The notes: generated from the sequence alone by a model not told the origin. A DNA stretch of 64,000 bases from an uncultured delta proteobacterium (GCA_963817385.1 CAWFOM010000001.1:96001-160000), one strand, 5' to 3'; shown: positions 39,344 through 51,441, counted from the stretch's first letter. A program made the numbers and translations.

Positions 39344-40598
39344 GGTAAAACCGCTCGAACACCTGGACGCGACGGTCCGGATCCCCGGATCGAAGAGCTA
39401 CACGCAGCGGGCGATGATCATCGCCTCCCTCGCGGAGGGGGAATCGCGTCTGACGGATGTCCTTCTGTCCGAGGACACGGGGGTGCTCGGCGGGGCGCTC
39501 GGCGAGATGGGCGCCGACATCCGGACGGCCGGCACCGATATGACCATCCGCGGGACCGGCGGGAGGCTCACCCGTCCGGCGCGGGAGATCCATCTGGGAA
39601 ACAACGGCACGGCGATGCGCCTCCTCGCGGGAGTGGCCGCCCTGGGAGCGGGGCCGACCGTCCTGACGGGAGATCCCCGTCTCCGGGAGCGGCCGCTCAA
39701 GCCCCTCCTCGACGCCCTCGCGGCCCTCGGCGCGGAAACCCACACCGAGGGGAGGCTCGGCTTTCCCCCGGTCACCATCCGCGGCGGCCGCCTGAGGGGC
39801 GCGGAGGTGCGCCTCCGAAACATCGAAAGCAGTCAGTACGTCTCGGCGCTCCTGATCATCTCCCCCTTCGCGGCCGGAGAGACGACGATCATCCTTGAGG
39901 GGCGCATCCCCTCCCTCCCTTACATTGCGCTCACCGTGGAGACGATGGGGGCCTTCGGCGTCAACGTCGCTCTGGACGGGACCGGCCGTTACGTGATACA
40001 AGGCGGGCAGCGCTACCGGGGGCGCGAATACCGGATCGAAGGCGACGTCTCCAGCGCCTCCTACTTCTTCCTCGCCGCCGCGCTCCTGAAGGGCCGGGTG
40101 CGGGTGGAGAATATCAATCCGCGGACGGGCCAGGGGGACATCGCCTTCCTGGCGCTCCTGGAGCGGCTCGGATGCCGGGTCTTTCGGGGGGAGCATTCCG
40201 TCGAGATCGTGGGGGGTGAGATGCCGGGCGGGGAGATGACCTTCGATCTGGGCGCCATGCCCGACATGGTGCCGACCCTGGCGGTGCTCTCGGCGCTTAG
40301 GCCCGGACGGAGCCTCATCCGGAACGTCGCCCACCTGCGCCTGAAGGAGAGCGACCGCCTGGCCGCCATGGTGAATGAACTCAGGAAGACCGGGATCGCC
40401 GCCGAAGAACTCGCGGACGGCATCGCCGTCACCGGGGGAAAGCCCCGCGGCGCAACGATTGAGACATACAACGACCACCGGATCGCCATGAGCTTCGCCA
40501 TCCTGGGGCTCGCCGCGCCGGGGATGAGGATCGAGGGGGAGGAGTGCGTCGGGAAATCCTTCCCCGGCTTCTGGACGGCGCTGGCGGGACTCTCATGA
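39336..40598 (+). CDS. aroA: EPSP synthase
   Basis: PGSKSYTQR, GNNGTAMR, SSQYVSA, RLKESDR, DHRIAM, KSFP. Confidence 0.96.
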   Translation: MIEVKPLEHLDATVRIPGSKSYTQRAMIIASLAEGESRLTDVLLSEDTGVLGGALGEMGADIRTAGTDMTIRGTGGRLTRPAREIHLGNNGTAMRLLAGVAALGAGPTVLTGDPRLRERPLKPLLDALAALGAETHTEGRLGFPPVTIRGGRLRGAEVRLRNIESSQYVSALLIISPFAAGETTIILEGRIPSLPYIALTVETMGAFGVNVALDGTGRYVIQGGQRYRGREYRIEGDVSSASYFFLAAALLKGRVRVENINPRTGQGDIAFLALLERLGCRVFRGEHSVEIVGGEMPGGEMTFDLGAMPDMVPTLAVLSALRPGRSLIRNVAHLRLKESDRLAAMVNELRKTGIAAEELADGIAVTGGKPRGATIETYNDHRIAMSFAILGLAAPGMRIEGEECVGKSFPGFWTALAGLS

Positions 40599-40696
40599 AG
40601 CTCTCCCGCCGGCCCGCATGAACGGGGTGGCTCGCCCCTGCCCGCTCCCCGGCAGGGATCGGCGGGAGGAACGGGGCACGGAAGGGGTCCATCGCG

Positions 40697-41260
40697 ATGA
40701 ACATCATCCTCATGGGGTACCGCTGTACCGGCAAGACGTCCGCCGGCCGGAGTCTGGCTGAACTCCTGGGCGTCCCCTTCTGCGATACGGACGAAATGGT
40801 TGAACGTCGGACGGACCGCACGATCCCCCGGATCGTCGCCGAAGAGGGATGGAGCGCATTCCGCGAGGAGGAGACGGCCGTCATCCGGGAGGTTGCCGGC
40901 CTCGATCGCAGCGTCATCGCCTTGGGAGGCGGCGCCGTCCTCGACACCCGGAACGTCGAGCGCCTGAAGATAAACGGGGTTTTCGTGTGGCTCTTCGCCG
41001 ATGCGGCGACGATCGCCGCCCGGATGGAGAGGGACGCGGCAAGCGGCTCCGTTCGGCCCTCCTTGACGGGAGAGCCGAGCGTCGGCGAAATGCAGGCTGT
41101 TATGGCTGAGCGGGAACCGCTCTACCGGCGGCTCGCCGATCTCGTTGTCGACACCACCAAAATCGACGCGGAGCGGGTGGCGGAAGCGATCCGTACCGGC
41201 CTGAGGGAACGGCTCCGGGAGCCGGAGGGGCTCATGGCCGACCCCGGGAAAAATCGCTAA
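40697..41260 (+). CDS. aroK: Shikimate kinase
   Basis: GYRCTGKT P-loop, DTD, LGGG, RPSL. Confidence 0.93.
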   Translation: MNIILMGYRCTGKTSAGRSLAELLGVPFCDTDEMVERRTDRTIPRIVAEEGWSAFREEETAVIREVAGLDRSVIALGGGAVLDTRNVERLKINGVFVWLFADAATIAARMERDAASGSVRPSLTGEPSVGEMQAVMAEREPLYRRLADLVVDTTKIDAERVAEAIRTGLRERLREPEGLMADPGKNR

Positions 41261-41273
41261 GGCGTCCCATCAG

Positions 41274-41468
41274 GAACGGCTTCGTAAACAGCCCGGAGGC
41301 AAGGCGCGCGAAGTACCAGAAAAAGACCTGCGCAACGTGAAAATTGAAAATCGGATCCCGGGAGCGCGCATTGGAGATTTTCCGGGGCACCCGGCCCCCG
41401 CAGCTTACGCGCCCGCAAAGGGATCGCGATTTTCAAAGGTCTCGAATGGACTTTTTGGCGAAGCCATC
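41274..41468 (+). repeat. MITE-like repeat, copy 1
   Basis: Ends GAACGGCTTCGTAAACAG / CTTTTTGGCGAAGCCATC; internal GGAGGCAAGGCGCGCGA shared with 42547-42674. Confidence 0.65.
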
Positions 41469-41488
41469 GGGAGGAAGGAGAACCATCA

Positions 41489-42709
41489 ATGTCCGGAAAC
41501 ACCATCGGCGTCCTGTTTCGGGTCACCACGTGGGGGGAGTCCCACGGCCCGGCGACCGGGGCCGTCATCGACGGCTGCCCGCCCCGGATAGACCTCTCCG
41601 CGGCGGAGATCCAGGGGGAGCTCGACCGGCGGCGGCCGGGCGATTCTTCCGTCGACGAGCCCCCGCCGGGAGGCGGACCGGGTCGAGATCCTTTCCGGCG
41701 TCTTCGAGGGGAAAACGACGGGGACGCCGATCGCGCTCATGATCCGGAATGTCGATGCCGACAGCGCCGCCTACGACGGCCTCCGTGACCTCTTCCGCCC
41801 CGGCCACGGAGACATCACCTATCAGGCGAAATACGGGATCCGCGACCACCGGGGCGGGGGCCGGGCCTCGGGACGGGAGACCGCGGGACGGGTGGCCGCC
41901 GGCGCCGTCGCCCGCAGGGTGATCGCGCAGGCGGGCATCACCGTTCAGGCCTGGACGCGGGAGCTGGGCGGCATCGCCGCGGAGCCCCTCTCCCCGGCCA
42001 GGGCGGAGACAAGCCCCCTGCGCTGCCCTGATCCGGAAGCGGAAAAAACGATGCTCACCCGGCTGGAGGAGGCGCGGGCCGCGGGAGACACGCTCGGCGG
42101 GATCGTGGAGATCCGCGTCCGCGGCTGTCCGCCGGGCCTGGGCGAGCCGGTCTTCGGCAAGATCGACGCGGATATCGCCCACGCCCTCATGGGGATCGGG
42201 ACCGTCAAGGGGGTGGAAATCGGCGCGGGTTTCGCCGCCGCACGGATGACCGGCTCCGCCTGCAACGACCCCATCATTCCCGGAGGGCTTCCGGACCAAC
42301 AACGCCGGGGGGATCCTTGCCGGGATCACGAGCGGCGCGGAGATCGTCATCCGGGTCGCGTGCAAGCCCATCCCCTCCATCGCACGCCGCCAGGAGACCG
42401 TCGATGCGACAGGGACATCCCGCCGTCGTGACGATCGGCGGAAGGCACGACGCGTCGGTCATCCCGCGGATCATCCCGGTCTGCGAGGCGATGGTTGCGA
42501 TCGTCCTGGCGGATCATCTTATGCGGCAGAGGGCAATCTACGCGATGACGGCTCCGGAAAAAGCCCCCTATGCGGCGTTGCGCTTCACCCCTCGTCGTTG
42601 CGGCGTACGCCAGAGTACGCCTCACTCCTCGGGCCTCGCGCGCCTTGCCTCCGGGGCTTTTTGCGAAGCCGTTCGGGAATCAATATTTCTCCTCTCCTGT
42701 TTATTATGA
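41489..42709 (+). CDS. aroC: Chorismate synthase; frameshifts near 41660, 42285 and 42415; C-terminus runs through a repeat
   Basis: [37 protein letters not shown] across frames. Confidence 0.9.
42547..42674 (-). repeat. MITE-like repeat, copy 2 (inverted relative to copy 1)
   Basis: TIRs GACGGCTCCGGAAAAAGCC / GGCTTTTTGCGAAGCCGTTC; internal GGCGTAC..GTACGCC hairpin. Confidence 0.75.
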
Positions 42710-42719
42710 AGGGTTGGCA

Positions 42720-43478
42720 ATGAAGGACTTTTCAATCGGCATTATCGGCGGGACGGGGGGAATCGGCAAATGGTTCGCCGCCTTCTTTGCCGCAGAGGGG
42801 TATCCCGTCCATTGCGCGGGGAGGAATAACGGGATGTCCATCCCCGAGCTCGCCCAGAGCTGCCGGGTCGTCATCGTCGCCGTTCCCATCGCGGCAACCC
42901 TCGATGTCATCCGGCGCGTGGGACCGCATCTTCCCGAGGACGCGCTCCTGATGGATCTCACGTCGCTGAAGGGAGAGCCGGTCCGGGCAATGCTGAAGGC
43001 CACGGCGGCGGAGGTCGTCGGCTGCCATCCCCTCTTCGGTCCGGATTGCCCCTCCCTCGCCGGCCAGAACATCATCTTGTGCCCGGGGCGGGGGGAGCGG
43101 TGGCTCAAACGGATGGAAGGGATCTTTGCAACAAGCGGCGCCCGCGTCACGGTTACGACGCCGGAGGAACACGACCGGATGATGGCCCTCACCCAGGGGC
43201 TGACCCATCTGGACACGATCCTCATGGGGCTGACGCTCCGCGACTCAGGGGTGGAGCCGTCTGAGCTCGATGCCTTTTCGACGCCCGTTTTCCGGACGAA
43301 GCAGGCGATCGTCGAGAAGGTCTTCGGCCTCCGCCCCGAGATGTACGCGGGGATTCTCGCGGGAAATCCGGAGATGCCTCAGATCATCGAGCGCTACGAA
43401 AAGAACCTCTCCCGCCTGAAGGAGCTGGTCCAAAACGGGGACGCCGCAGGCCTTGCGGCCCTTCTGAAGAAGCCGTGA
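42720..43478 (+). CDS. tyrA: Prephenate/arogenate dehydrogenase
   Basis: [38 protein letters not shown]. Confidence 0.92.
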   Translation: MKDFSIGIIGGTGGIGKWFAAFFAAEGYPVHCAGRNNGMSIPELAQSCRVVIVAVPIAATLDVIRRVGPHLPEDALLMDLTSLKGEPVRAMLKATAAEVVGCHPLFGPDCPSLAGQNIILCPGRGERWLKRMEGIFATSGARVTVTTPEEHDRMMALTQGLTHLDTILMGLTLRDSGVEPSELDAFSTPVFRTKQAIVEKVFGLRPEMYAGILAGNPEMPQIIERYEKNLSRLKELVQNGDAAGLAALLKKP

Positions 43479-43513
43479 CGGACCGCCGGCCTTTCCGAAT
43501 CAGGGAGGTACGA

Positions 43514-44582
43514 ATGCAAATCACAAAAAGAAGAATTGTAGATAAAATCTTTTTATCGTCCCTCTCTATTCTCACGATACTCTCCCTGCTGCACCTGCTT
43601 ATGCCCTGTTCCAGCGATGCAGCGGAAAGTGCTGATCGCCTGGCTCAGTGTGCCCGGATTGAAGATGGCGCGGCAAGATTGCAATGCTTTGACGATCTGA
43701 CCGGAAGGAAACCGCCGGCGTCCTTCGGAATCTGTTTTGACTAAACTCTGGGATTTAGATCCCAACAACAGGAAACGCTCGTTTGTGCTGACTCCGTACC
43801 GCCCCAACTATTTCCTGCCCGTTGCCTATAATTCCTCACCCAATAGAGATGCCGCTTTGGACTTTGATCCCAATGCCAAAGCGCAATACAATGAAGCAAA
43901 ATTCCAGATAAGCGTCAAAGCGAAAGTCTTGGAGGACGTTTTTCAAGATACACTGAAAGACGTGTTCGAAAAGGATATCGGTGTTAAGGGTATTGACATC
44001 TGGTTTGCCTATACGCAGCTCTCGTTTTGGCAGCTTTACAACTCGGCGTTTTCCGCACCCTTCCGAGACACCAATTACGAACCGGAACTCCTTGTCAACT
44101 TGCGCACTGATTATAAAATACTGGGTTTCAAAGGCCGCATTCTCAACCTGGGGTTTAACCATCAATCCAATGGCCGTTCCAAGCCCCTTTCCCGCAGCTG
44201 GAATCGATTGGTGGCAAATGTCGGTCTCGAAAAAGACAACGTAAACGTGCTGCTGAAAACATGGTATCGAATACCGGAGGACGAACAGGGTGACGATAAT
44301 CCCGATCTTAGCAGATACATGGGATACGGTGAACTCTGGGGAACGCTCTATTGGAAAAAACAGCGGTTTGCCGCGATGCTCCGCAATAATCTCAGGCCGG
44401 GTGATAATCTGGGCGCAATTCAACTGGATTGGAGTATCCCCCTATCCATGATCCATGAACGCTTTAGCGATAAGTTTAGTTTCTACCTCCAGTACTTCAA
44501 CGGCTATGGAGAGAGCCTGCTCGACTACAACAAATCCATCAATCGAATTAGCGCGGGCGTTATGATAGCGGAGTGGAACTAA
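43514..44582 (+). CDS. pldA: Outer-membrane phospholipase A; frameshift near 43725
   Basis: Signal peptide and RLQCFD region; EAKFQIS, PFRDTNYEPE, catalytic HQSNG, GYGESLLDYN. Confidence 0.9.
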
Positions 44583-44962
44583 GCGGGCACCATGATCGCC
44601 ACACTCTCGTCTCGCCGCAACATCTTGGGCAACAGATCTGAACCGCATCCATGATTCCCGGTCTTTTTATCCGTAGCTTATGCCTACCAATGTGCTTCCA
44701 TTTAATCCTCATTGAGTTACCCTGGCACAAGCATTACACTAACAACAAAATCAAACGATTCGGCGAACAGCCATCTCAATCTGCACTATCACTCAAACCC
44801 ACTTGAAGTCCGCCGCGTGACGGCGGTCCGAATAACGGGCCGGTTCAGCAAGCTCTCAGGAACATCTCGATTTGATCAGTCTCAGGCGGTCTTTCACGGA
44901 TAGAGAGATTGGCGCCCCCGCCATTTGCACGGGTTGGGCTGCGCAGAAAGGGGGTTTGTCCC

Positions 44963-45556
44963 ATGGAAACCATGGTGAAATTTTTAACTGCATTTTTTCT
45001 GGCATCCGCTATCGTTTTATGGCTAGCCCCACACTACGAAAACCGATTACGCGGAGAAAGCTCCCCATATCCGAAAACCTATAGCAAACCGGTGAAGCGA
45101 GCCATAGCGAAATCCATCCGATGGGCCGATGACGAACAAATTCTCCGACTGGTAAAGAGGGCAGAAAAAAAATATGGCGGTCACATCAATCGCATATCAA
45201 AAAAGTATGACGCTTCCCCGAAGGATATCAGAGCTATTGCCATCGTTGAGTCGTCAATAGATGAAAAAGCCAAATCCCGTGAAGGCGCCATTGGCCTGAT
45301 GGGAGTCAAAAGAACGACCGGGATGGATATGGGCTTTAACGACATCGAGCATCCGCTCAATAATCTGAATGCGGGGACAAAATACTACACGACGCTGCTT
45401 AAGAAATTCAAGGATCGGGAATTGGCGTTAGCCGCTTACAACCTTGGCCCGGCGGGAGTGGAAAACCGATTAAGCAGCGGTTTTGATCCCGAGGCGATGG
45501 TATATATCTGGAAGATCAGGCGGGTCGTACACATCATTAATAAGTCCGAATCATAA
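44963..45556 (+). CDS. Lytic transglycosylase (SLT domain)
   Basis: IVES, AKSREGAIGLM, LAAYNLG; N-terminal TM. Confidence 0.85.
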   Translation: METMVKFLTAFFLASAIVLWLAPHYENRLRGESSPYPKTYSKPVKRAIAKSIRWADDEQILRLVKRAEKKYGGHINRISKKYDASPKDIRAIAIVESSIDEKAKSREGAIGLMGVKRTTGMDMGFNDIEHPLNNLNAGTKYYTTLLKKFKDRELALAAYNLGPAGVENRLSSGFDPEAMVYIWKIRRVVHIINKSES

Positions 45557-45703
45557 CCAAATTACCCCCGATGCCGATACCGACGCACGCCCCTTTTCCT
45601 TGACATGCAGGAGACCTTCCGTTATCTTCTGTTCGCTTAAAAAGGCAGGCTGTCCGGCAACGGTTCCGTTCCAATACCCCATTCACCGAAAAGGAGATTC
45701 GCC

Positions 45704-46705
45704 ATGTCTCAGGAAATGATCAAGGTTATCGTAACGACCCCCCTCGATGAGCGGACTCTGCAGAAAATTAACGCGGTCAGCGACCGAATCCACGTTGACC
45801 AGGTCTCCCCTTGGGTCCTCGCGGAGAGGAAAGGAGATATCTCCAACAAGGAGAAACTGGACCTCCTTCTGGGACAGGCGGATATCATCTACGGCTGGAT
45901 CCACCACTTTCCGAAAAACCTTCTCGAGCGAACCGGCCGCCTGAAATGGATACAGACCATGTCGGCAGGCGTGGACCTGATGCCCGAAGAGATCCGGAAA
46001 AGCCGGGTAAAAATCGTCAACGCTACCGGCCTCCACGGCACCCCGATGGGGGAAATGGTCCTGGAGATGATGCTGATGTTTGCGAAAGACGCCCCCGCCT
46101 GCTTTCAGATGAAACAGGCCAGGGAATGGAGGCGCTTCAGACCGAAGCTTCTGAAAGGGCAGACGGTGGGGATCCTGGGGCTGGGGGTCGTCGGAAGAGA
46201 AATTGCGCGCCTCTGCAAGGCGTTCGGAATGAAGGTGATCGGTATCCGCAGGTCCGGCCAACCGGAACTACCCTTTCCGGAAGTGGATCGCGTTTATCCG
46301 CCCGGGCAACTGCCCGAGGTGCTGGCCGAAAGCGACTTCGTCGTTCTGGCCCTCCCGCTTACGAAGGAAACTCGATGCCTGATCGGAGAGAAGGAGCTGC
46401 GGGGTATGAAACCGACAGCCTTTTTGATCAATCCGGCGCGGGGGGCCATCGTTGATGAAGGGGCATTGGTTCGCGCCCTGGAGGAAAAATGGATCGCCGG
46501 CGCGGGGCTCGACGTCTTCATCAAGGAACCCCTTCCCCCGGAGAGCCGATTCTACGAACTGCCCAATGTGATCTTCAACCCCCACATCTCGGGGGACATG
46601 CCCGATTACGAATTGCATGCCACCGAAGTCTTCTGTGAAAACCTCAGAAGGTATCTTGCAGGTGAACCGTTTCTGCATGAAGTCGATCAGGGAAAAGGGT
46701 ACTGA
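45704..46705 (+). CDS. D-2-hydroxyacid dehydrogenase
   Basis: GILGLGVVG, INPARG, LDVF..EPLP, PHISG. Confidence 0.93.
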   Translation: MSQEMIKVIVTTPLDERTLQKINAVSDRIHVDQVSPWVLAERKGDISNKEKLDLLLGQADIIYGWIHHFPKNLLERTGRLKWIQTMSAGVDLMPEEIRKSRVKIVNATGLHGTPMGEMVLEMMLMFAKDAPACFQMKQAREWRRFRPKLLKGQTVGILGLGVVGREIARLCKAFGMKVIGIRRSGQPELPFPEVDRVYPPGQLPEVLAESDFVVLALPLTKETRCLIGEKELRGMKPTAFLINPARGAIVDEGALVRALEEKWIAGAGLDVFIKEPLPPESRFYELPNVIFNPHISGDMPDYELHATEVFCENLRRYLAGEPFLHEVDQGKGY

Positions 46706-46939
46706 AAGAAACTCGATCCCTTCGAATGAAGTTCTCCGCAGAAGTTGCAGGGCCGGGGCGCGTTTGATGCAGAGCGGCATTAAATTTGCTTATAACAGCC
46801 GGGAGATCGTTACAAGACCTGGCGCCCCTATTGGATGATACCGGGAACGTCTTTACATCCTTGACAAAAACGGGAAATACTGTTCCCCTGAAGTTGCACG
46901 TTTTTTGACACAACCCCTGACAAGGAGACGAACAGCCCT

Positions 46940-47590
46940 ATGGAGGTAACACCCACAGGAAATGCCGGAGAAGGACTCTCCGCGAAAACCGGTATCCGGA
47001 CCTCGGCCCGGAAGGCGTCAAAAAAATTTTCCGAGACGTTAACGGCCAGCCTGGAGACACAGCCGGCAACACCGGCCCCGGCCAAGCCGGAATCCCAGCC
47101 CGCAAAACCCGCCCCGGTCAAGAATGAGCCGATCGAATATATCGTCAAGCAGGGAGACACCCTCTGGAAGATCGGGAGGCAGATGTTCAACCGGGACCCG
47201 TTTCAGATAGCCAGGGATAACGGCCTTGCCAACCCGAACCTGATCCGGCCTGGCCAGAAATTGATCATCAATCCGGCTCCCCCCCGACCCGCTCCTCCCA
47301 CCGTGAGCGGGGAAGTGACCGCCAGTTGGTATGGACCGGAACACCACAACAAGCTGACGGCCAGCGGGCAAAGGTTCGACATGAACAAAAACACCCTGGC
47401 CCACAGGACCTTGCCCATGGGGACCAAGGTCCGGCTTGTCAACCCCGATAACGGCAAGTCCGCCGAAGGGGTTGTCAATGACCGGGGACCCTTTATCAAA
47501 GGCCGGGATGTGGATGTCTCCTATGCGATGGCCAAGCAACTCGGCTTCGTCAGGAAAGGGGTCACGAAGCTCGACATAGAAACGATATAG
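46940..47590 (+). CDS. LysM + RlpA (double-psi beta-barrel) protein
   Basis: YIVKQGDTLWKI...NLIRPGQKL; ASWYG, AHRTLPMGT, NDRGPF. Confidence 0.9.
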   Translation: MEVTPTGNAGEGLSAKTGIRTSARKASKKFSETLTASLETQPATPAPAKPESQPAKPAPVKNEPIEYIVKQGDTLWKIGRQMFNRDPFQIARDNGLANPNLIRPGQKLIINPAPPRPAPPTVSGEVTASWYGPEHHNKLTASGQRFDMNKNTLAHRTLPMGTKVRLVNPDNGKSAEGVVNDRGPFIKGRDVDVSYAMAKQLGFVRKGVTKLDIETI

Positions 47591-47688
47591 GCGGCTTGAA
47601 GGAATACCCGTATCGTACGTGGCATTGACCGGTGAGGCGATTTGGCCTATAAGAAGAACGAGACAATCATCACACCGAGGAGGAAACA

Positions 47689-48277
47689 ATGCTGAAAAAG
47701 ATTCTGGTCATCCTGGCCTGCGGTCTGCCGATTTTCTGCGCCGGCGTCGCGGCCGCCGCCGAACCGGCCGCCGGGAACCCTGTCGTTACTCATGGAAACC
47801 AGCCTGGGGAATGTGAAACTGGAACTCTTCACTAAGGAGGCGCCGATCTCGGTAAGGAACTTCCTGGGCTATGTCACCGGCGGTTTCTATGACGGCACCG
47901 TCTACCACCGGGTAATTCCCAACTTCATGATTCAGGGCGGAGGATTCACGGCCGACCTGCAGCAGAAACAGACCAACCCGCCAATCAAAAACGAAGCGGA
48001 CAACGGTCTGAAGAACCGGCGGAGCACGCTCGCCATGGCCCGCACCATGGTGGTCGATTCAGCTACGGCCCAGTTCTTCATCAACGTGAAAGATAATGGC
48101 TTCCTCGACCATCGCGACAAAACGCAGCAGGGGTACGGGTATGCGGTCTTCGGTAAAGTCAGCGAAGGGATGGACGTAGTCGACAAGATCGCCGCCGTCA
48201 AGACCGGCATGCAGAAGGGTTTCCGGGACGTCCCGGAAACACCGGTCGTCATCAAGTCGATGAAGGTTCTCCCGTAA
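47689..48277 (+). CDS. Periplasmic cyclophilin-type peptidyl-prolyl isomerase; frameshift near 47788
   Basis: Signal peptide MLKKILV.. in one frame; [30 protein letters not shown]. Confidence 0.92.
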
Positions 48278-48280
48278 CCG

Positions 48281-48308
48281 AAAAGGGCGCCCCCGGGCGC
48301 CCTTTTTT
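48281..48308. terminator. Bidirectional intrinsic terminator
   Basis: AAAAGGGCGCCC..GGGCGCCCTTTTTT between convergent genes. Confidence 0.85.
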
Positions 48309-48377
48309 CTGCCCGCCAACAGGGCGGATCGTTATCTGGCGCGACACCACGTCAGAAGAGCATGTTTCATCATCCGG

Positions 48378-49980
48378 TCAGAGGATTTGATCATATTCCG
48401 CCGGATCGACCACCGCCTCGATCACCACCGGTTCGCTTCCGGACAGGGCCTGCTTCAGCGCCTCCCGGAATTCCTCCTCCCGCCGGGCGACGATCACCCG
48501 GGCGCCGAAGAAATTGTCGGATGATCGGTAGCCGGGGCCGAACAGTTCAACGCCGTCGAAATGATAGCGGTGCTTGGCCTGCTTCGCTTTGATGAGGCTG
48601 AGCGTGTTGTCCCGCAAAAGGACGATCACAACAGGCAGCCGGAGACGAACGGCCGTATTGATCTCGCCGACCGACATCAGGAATCCCCCATCCCCGACGC
48701 AGGCCAGAACGGGGCGACCGGGCTGAACGAGCTTGGCCGCGACGGCGGCGGGAATGGCAAAGCCCATCGAAGACCATCCGTTGGAGACCAGGAAGCTTCC
48801 CGGCCCTCCGGCCTCCCAGAGCTGTCCGATGAGGTGGGTGTGGGCGCCGACGTCCACGCACAGCAGCCCCTCCCGCGGGAGGATCTGCCGCATCGCCAGA
48901 ACGGTGTGGTGCGGAGAGAAACGTTTCCGGGATGGGGTCAAGGCGCGATAGAGCTTTCGGCGATGCCCGGGCAGCGCCTCCAGGTCCCAGTGATGGCGCA
49001 ATTCCGGGATGGCGAGCAGGGCCTTCAGGATCTCCCGGATGTTCCCGACGAGCTGGCAGGCGACGGAGTAACCCCCGGCAATGTCCGCCGGAACGGTGTC
49101 GATATGGATGAGGGGAAGGTCCTTCCGTATCCATTCTTCGTAGTTGAACTCCACCGGATCATAACCGACTGCGATGACCAGGTCCGTCGGCGCGCAATAT
49201 TCCGCGACCATCTCCCTTCTCGCCCTGCCCAGCACCCCGACCAGCTGCGGGCCCTCTTCCGGCACCTGTCCCTTGGCCATCAGGGTCGTCACGACGGGGA
49301 GGCGGTGTTTGCCGACAAACTCCCTGAGCTCGCCGGTCGCCTGCGCCCTGTTCATGGTAAGACCGACGGCCACCAAGGGATAGTGGGCCTTCCGGATCAG
49401 ATCAACCGCCGTTTCCAGCGCCGTCCGATCGAACGGCGGGAGGGGCGCCGGGACGGCGGACTGCGCCACGGGGTTTTCATCCGGCAGCTCCTCGGCCGTA
49501 TCCTCCGGAAAATCGAGATGGACGGGGCCGGGCTGCTCGGCCATGGCGATCTCCTCGGCCTTGTTCATCGTGGCGCCGGATGCTGCCCGTTTCGAGCTCC
49601 GCGCTCCATTTGGAGATGGGGGCGTAAAGCCGCCGGTGGTCGATGTGCATCTGCACCGTCCGGCCCTTCCAGAGACGGCCCACCTGGGCCGTGATCGCCA
49701 AGAGCGGAACACGATCCAGGAAGGCGTTCCCCACCCCGGTCGTCATGTTGGTCGCGCCCGGCCCCAGCGTCGAAAGGCAGGCCCCAACCCTGCCCGTCAG
49801 ACGACTGCTCACATCGGCCATGAACCCTGCGGAGGCCTCATGGGCAACCGCGACGAATTCGACGGGACCTCCGTGGAGGGCCTCGATCAGTCGTGCATTC
49901 GGCCCCGCGATATACCCGAAGAGATGGCGAACCCCGGCTTCTGCAAGTCCTTCCGCGACAAGATCGGCATTGCTCTTCAT
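48378..49980 (-). CDS. Thiamine-pyrophosphate-dependent enzyme (acetolactate synthase-like); frameshift near 49570-49590
   Basis: HEASAGFMA, TLGPGATN; SMGFAIPAA, GDGGF TPP motif. Confidence 0.9.
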
Positions 49981-50098
49981 TTCGTGCCCCCCGGAACATC
50001 GTTTTTGTTTTTACATAGTATCCATGCGACCGATTGTCAATATTGAAATATCAAAGATAGCGCTTGAATTTTCAATATTGATCATTTAGGCTGCAACC

Positions 50099-51244
50099 AT
50101 GAACCTTATTGACAGAAAAACAGATCGGGCAACATTAACCAAGCTCATGTCCGTATTTTCCGTCACCGCGATTCTTGGCCCCCGGCAGTGCGGAAAAACG
50201 ACGCTGGCCCGAACACTCGCTGCCGATTCCTATTTCGATCTGGAAAACCCACAGGATCTTGCCCGTTTGGAACAGCCTCAGCTCGCCCTGGAAGACCTGA
50301 CGGGACTCATCGTCATCGACGAGATCCAGCGGTTGCCCGATCTTTTTCCTCTCCTGCGCTACCTGGTGGATCAAGGGAAAAACCGCAAGTTCGTCATCCT
50401 GGGAAGCGCCTCCCGTGATTTGATCCGTCAGAGTTCGGAATCCTTGGCTGGGAGGATTGCCTATTTTCAATTGGGTGGTTTCCGCCTGAGCGACATCGAT
50501 CCCGGGGCCATCAAGGCCCTGTGGCAGCGCGGGGGTTTGCCCCGATCTTTTCTGGCGGCGTCGGACGAAGAAAGCCTGCTCTGGCGGAACCAATACGTGA
50601 CGACCTTCCTGGAAAGGGACATCCCCCAGTTGGGGATTACGATCCCCGCCCGGACGCTGCGCCGCTTCTGGACCATGCTGAGCCATTATCACGGCCAGGT
50701 CCTGAACTATGCGGAGCTGGGCCGCTCCTTCGGCGTCTCCGATATGACCGTCCGGAAATACTGCGATATTCTGGAAGGCACGTTCATGGTCCGCATCCTC
50801 CAGCCCTGGTCCGTCAACATCGGGAAACGCCTGGTGAAGCGGCCGAAATTATACCTGCGCGACTCCGGGCTGTTCCATGCTCTGCTGTCCATTGAAACGC
50901 CGGAGCAACTGTACGCCTCACCGCGACTCGGCGCCTCTTGGGAAGGCTTTGCCCTCGATTGCGTCTGCCGAACCCTGGACAAGGAAGATGGGGACCTCTA
51001 TTTCTGGCACACCCACGCCGGCGCGGAGTTAGATCTTTTCTGGCAGGCGGGGGGACGAAACTGGGGTGTGGAATTCAAGTATGAAGATGCCCCTCGATTG
51101 ACCCGATCCATGAAGACGGCAGTTGAAGACCTTAAATTGGATCAGCTGTGGGTGGTCTATCCCGGTAAAGCGGTTTATCGTCTCATCGAAAGGGTCCAGG
51201 TGCTTCCCCTTGCGGACATCAGCGAAACCTGGAACTACGGATAA
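50099..51244 (+). CDS. AAA_14 ATPase with DUF4143 domain
   Basis: GPRQCGKT, IDEIQ, SESLAGR, KLYLRDSG, ELD...VEFK. Confidence 0.92.
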   Translation: MNLIDRKTDRATLTKLMSVFSVTAILGPRQCGKTTLARTLAADSYFDLENPQDLARLEQPQLALEDLTGLIVIDEIQRLPDLFPLLRYLVDQGKNRKFVILGSASRDLIRQSSESLAGRIAYFQLGGFRLSDIDPGAIKALWQRGGLPRSFLAASDEESLLWRNQYVTTFLERDIPQLGITIPARTLRRFWTMLSHYHGQVLNYAELGRSFGVSDMTVRKYCDILEGTFMVRILQPWSVNIGKRLVKRPKLYLRDSGLFHALLSIETPEQLYASPRLGASWEGFALDCVCRTLDKEDGDLYFWHTHAGAELDLFWQAGGRNWGVEFKYEDAPRLTRSMKTAVEDLKLDQLWVVYPGKAVYRLIERVQVLPLADISETWNYG

Positions 51245-51258
51245 CAGATCAAAGGAGA

Positions 51259-51441
51259 ATGATCATGTCACAAGTCGAAATGCTTGAGCAGACTGTCAAA
51301 CAGCTTAGCCCCGGTGAACTGGCCGCTTTTCGTTCCTGGTTTATCGAATTTGATGCAGCCGAATGGGATCATCAGATAGAAATAGATAGCACCCATCCCT
51401 CCACTTCAAGAAAATCAGCAAATACAGATCAGTCCGCATAG
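51259..51441 (+). pseudogene. Truncated small antitoxin-like hypothetical protein
   Basis: RBS AAGGAG; LEQTVKQLSPGELAAFRSWF..FD...WDHQIE then divergent tail. Confidence 0.5.
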
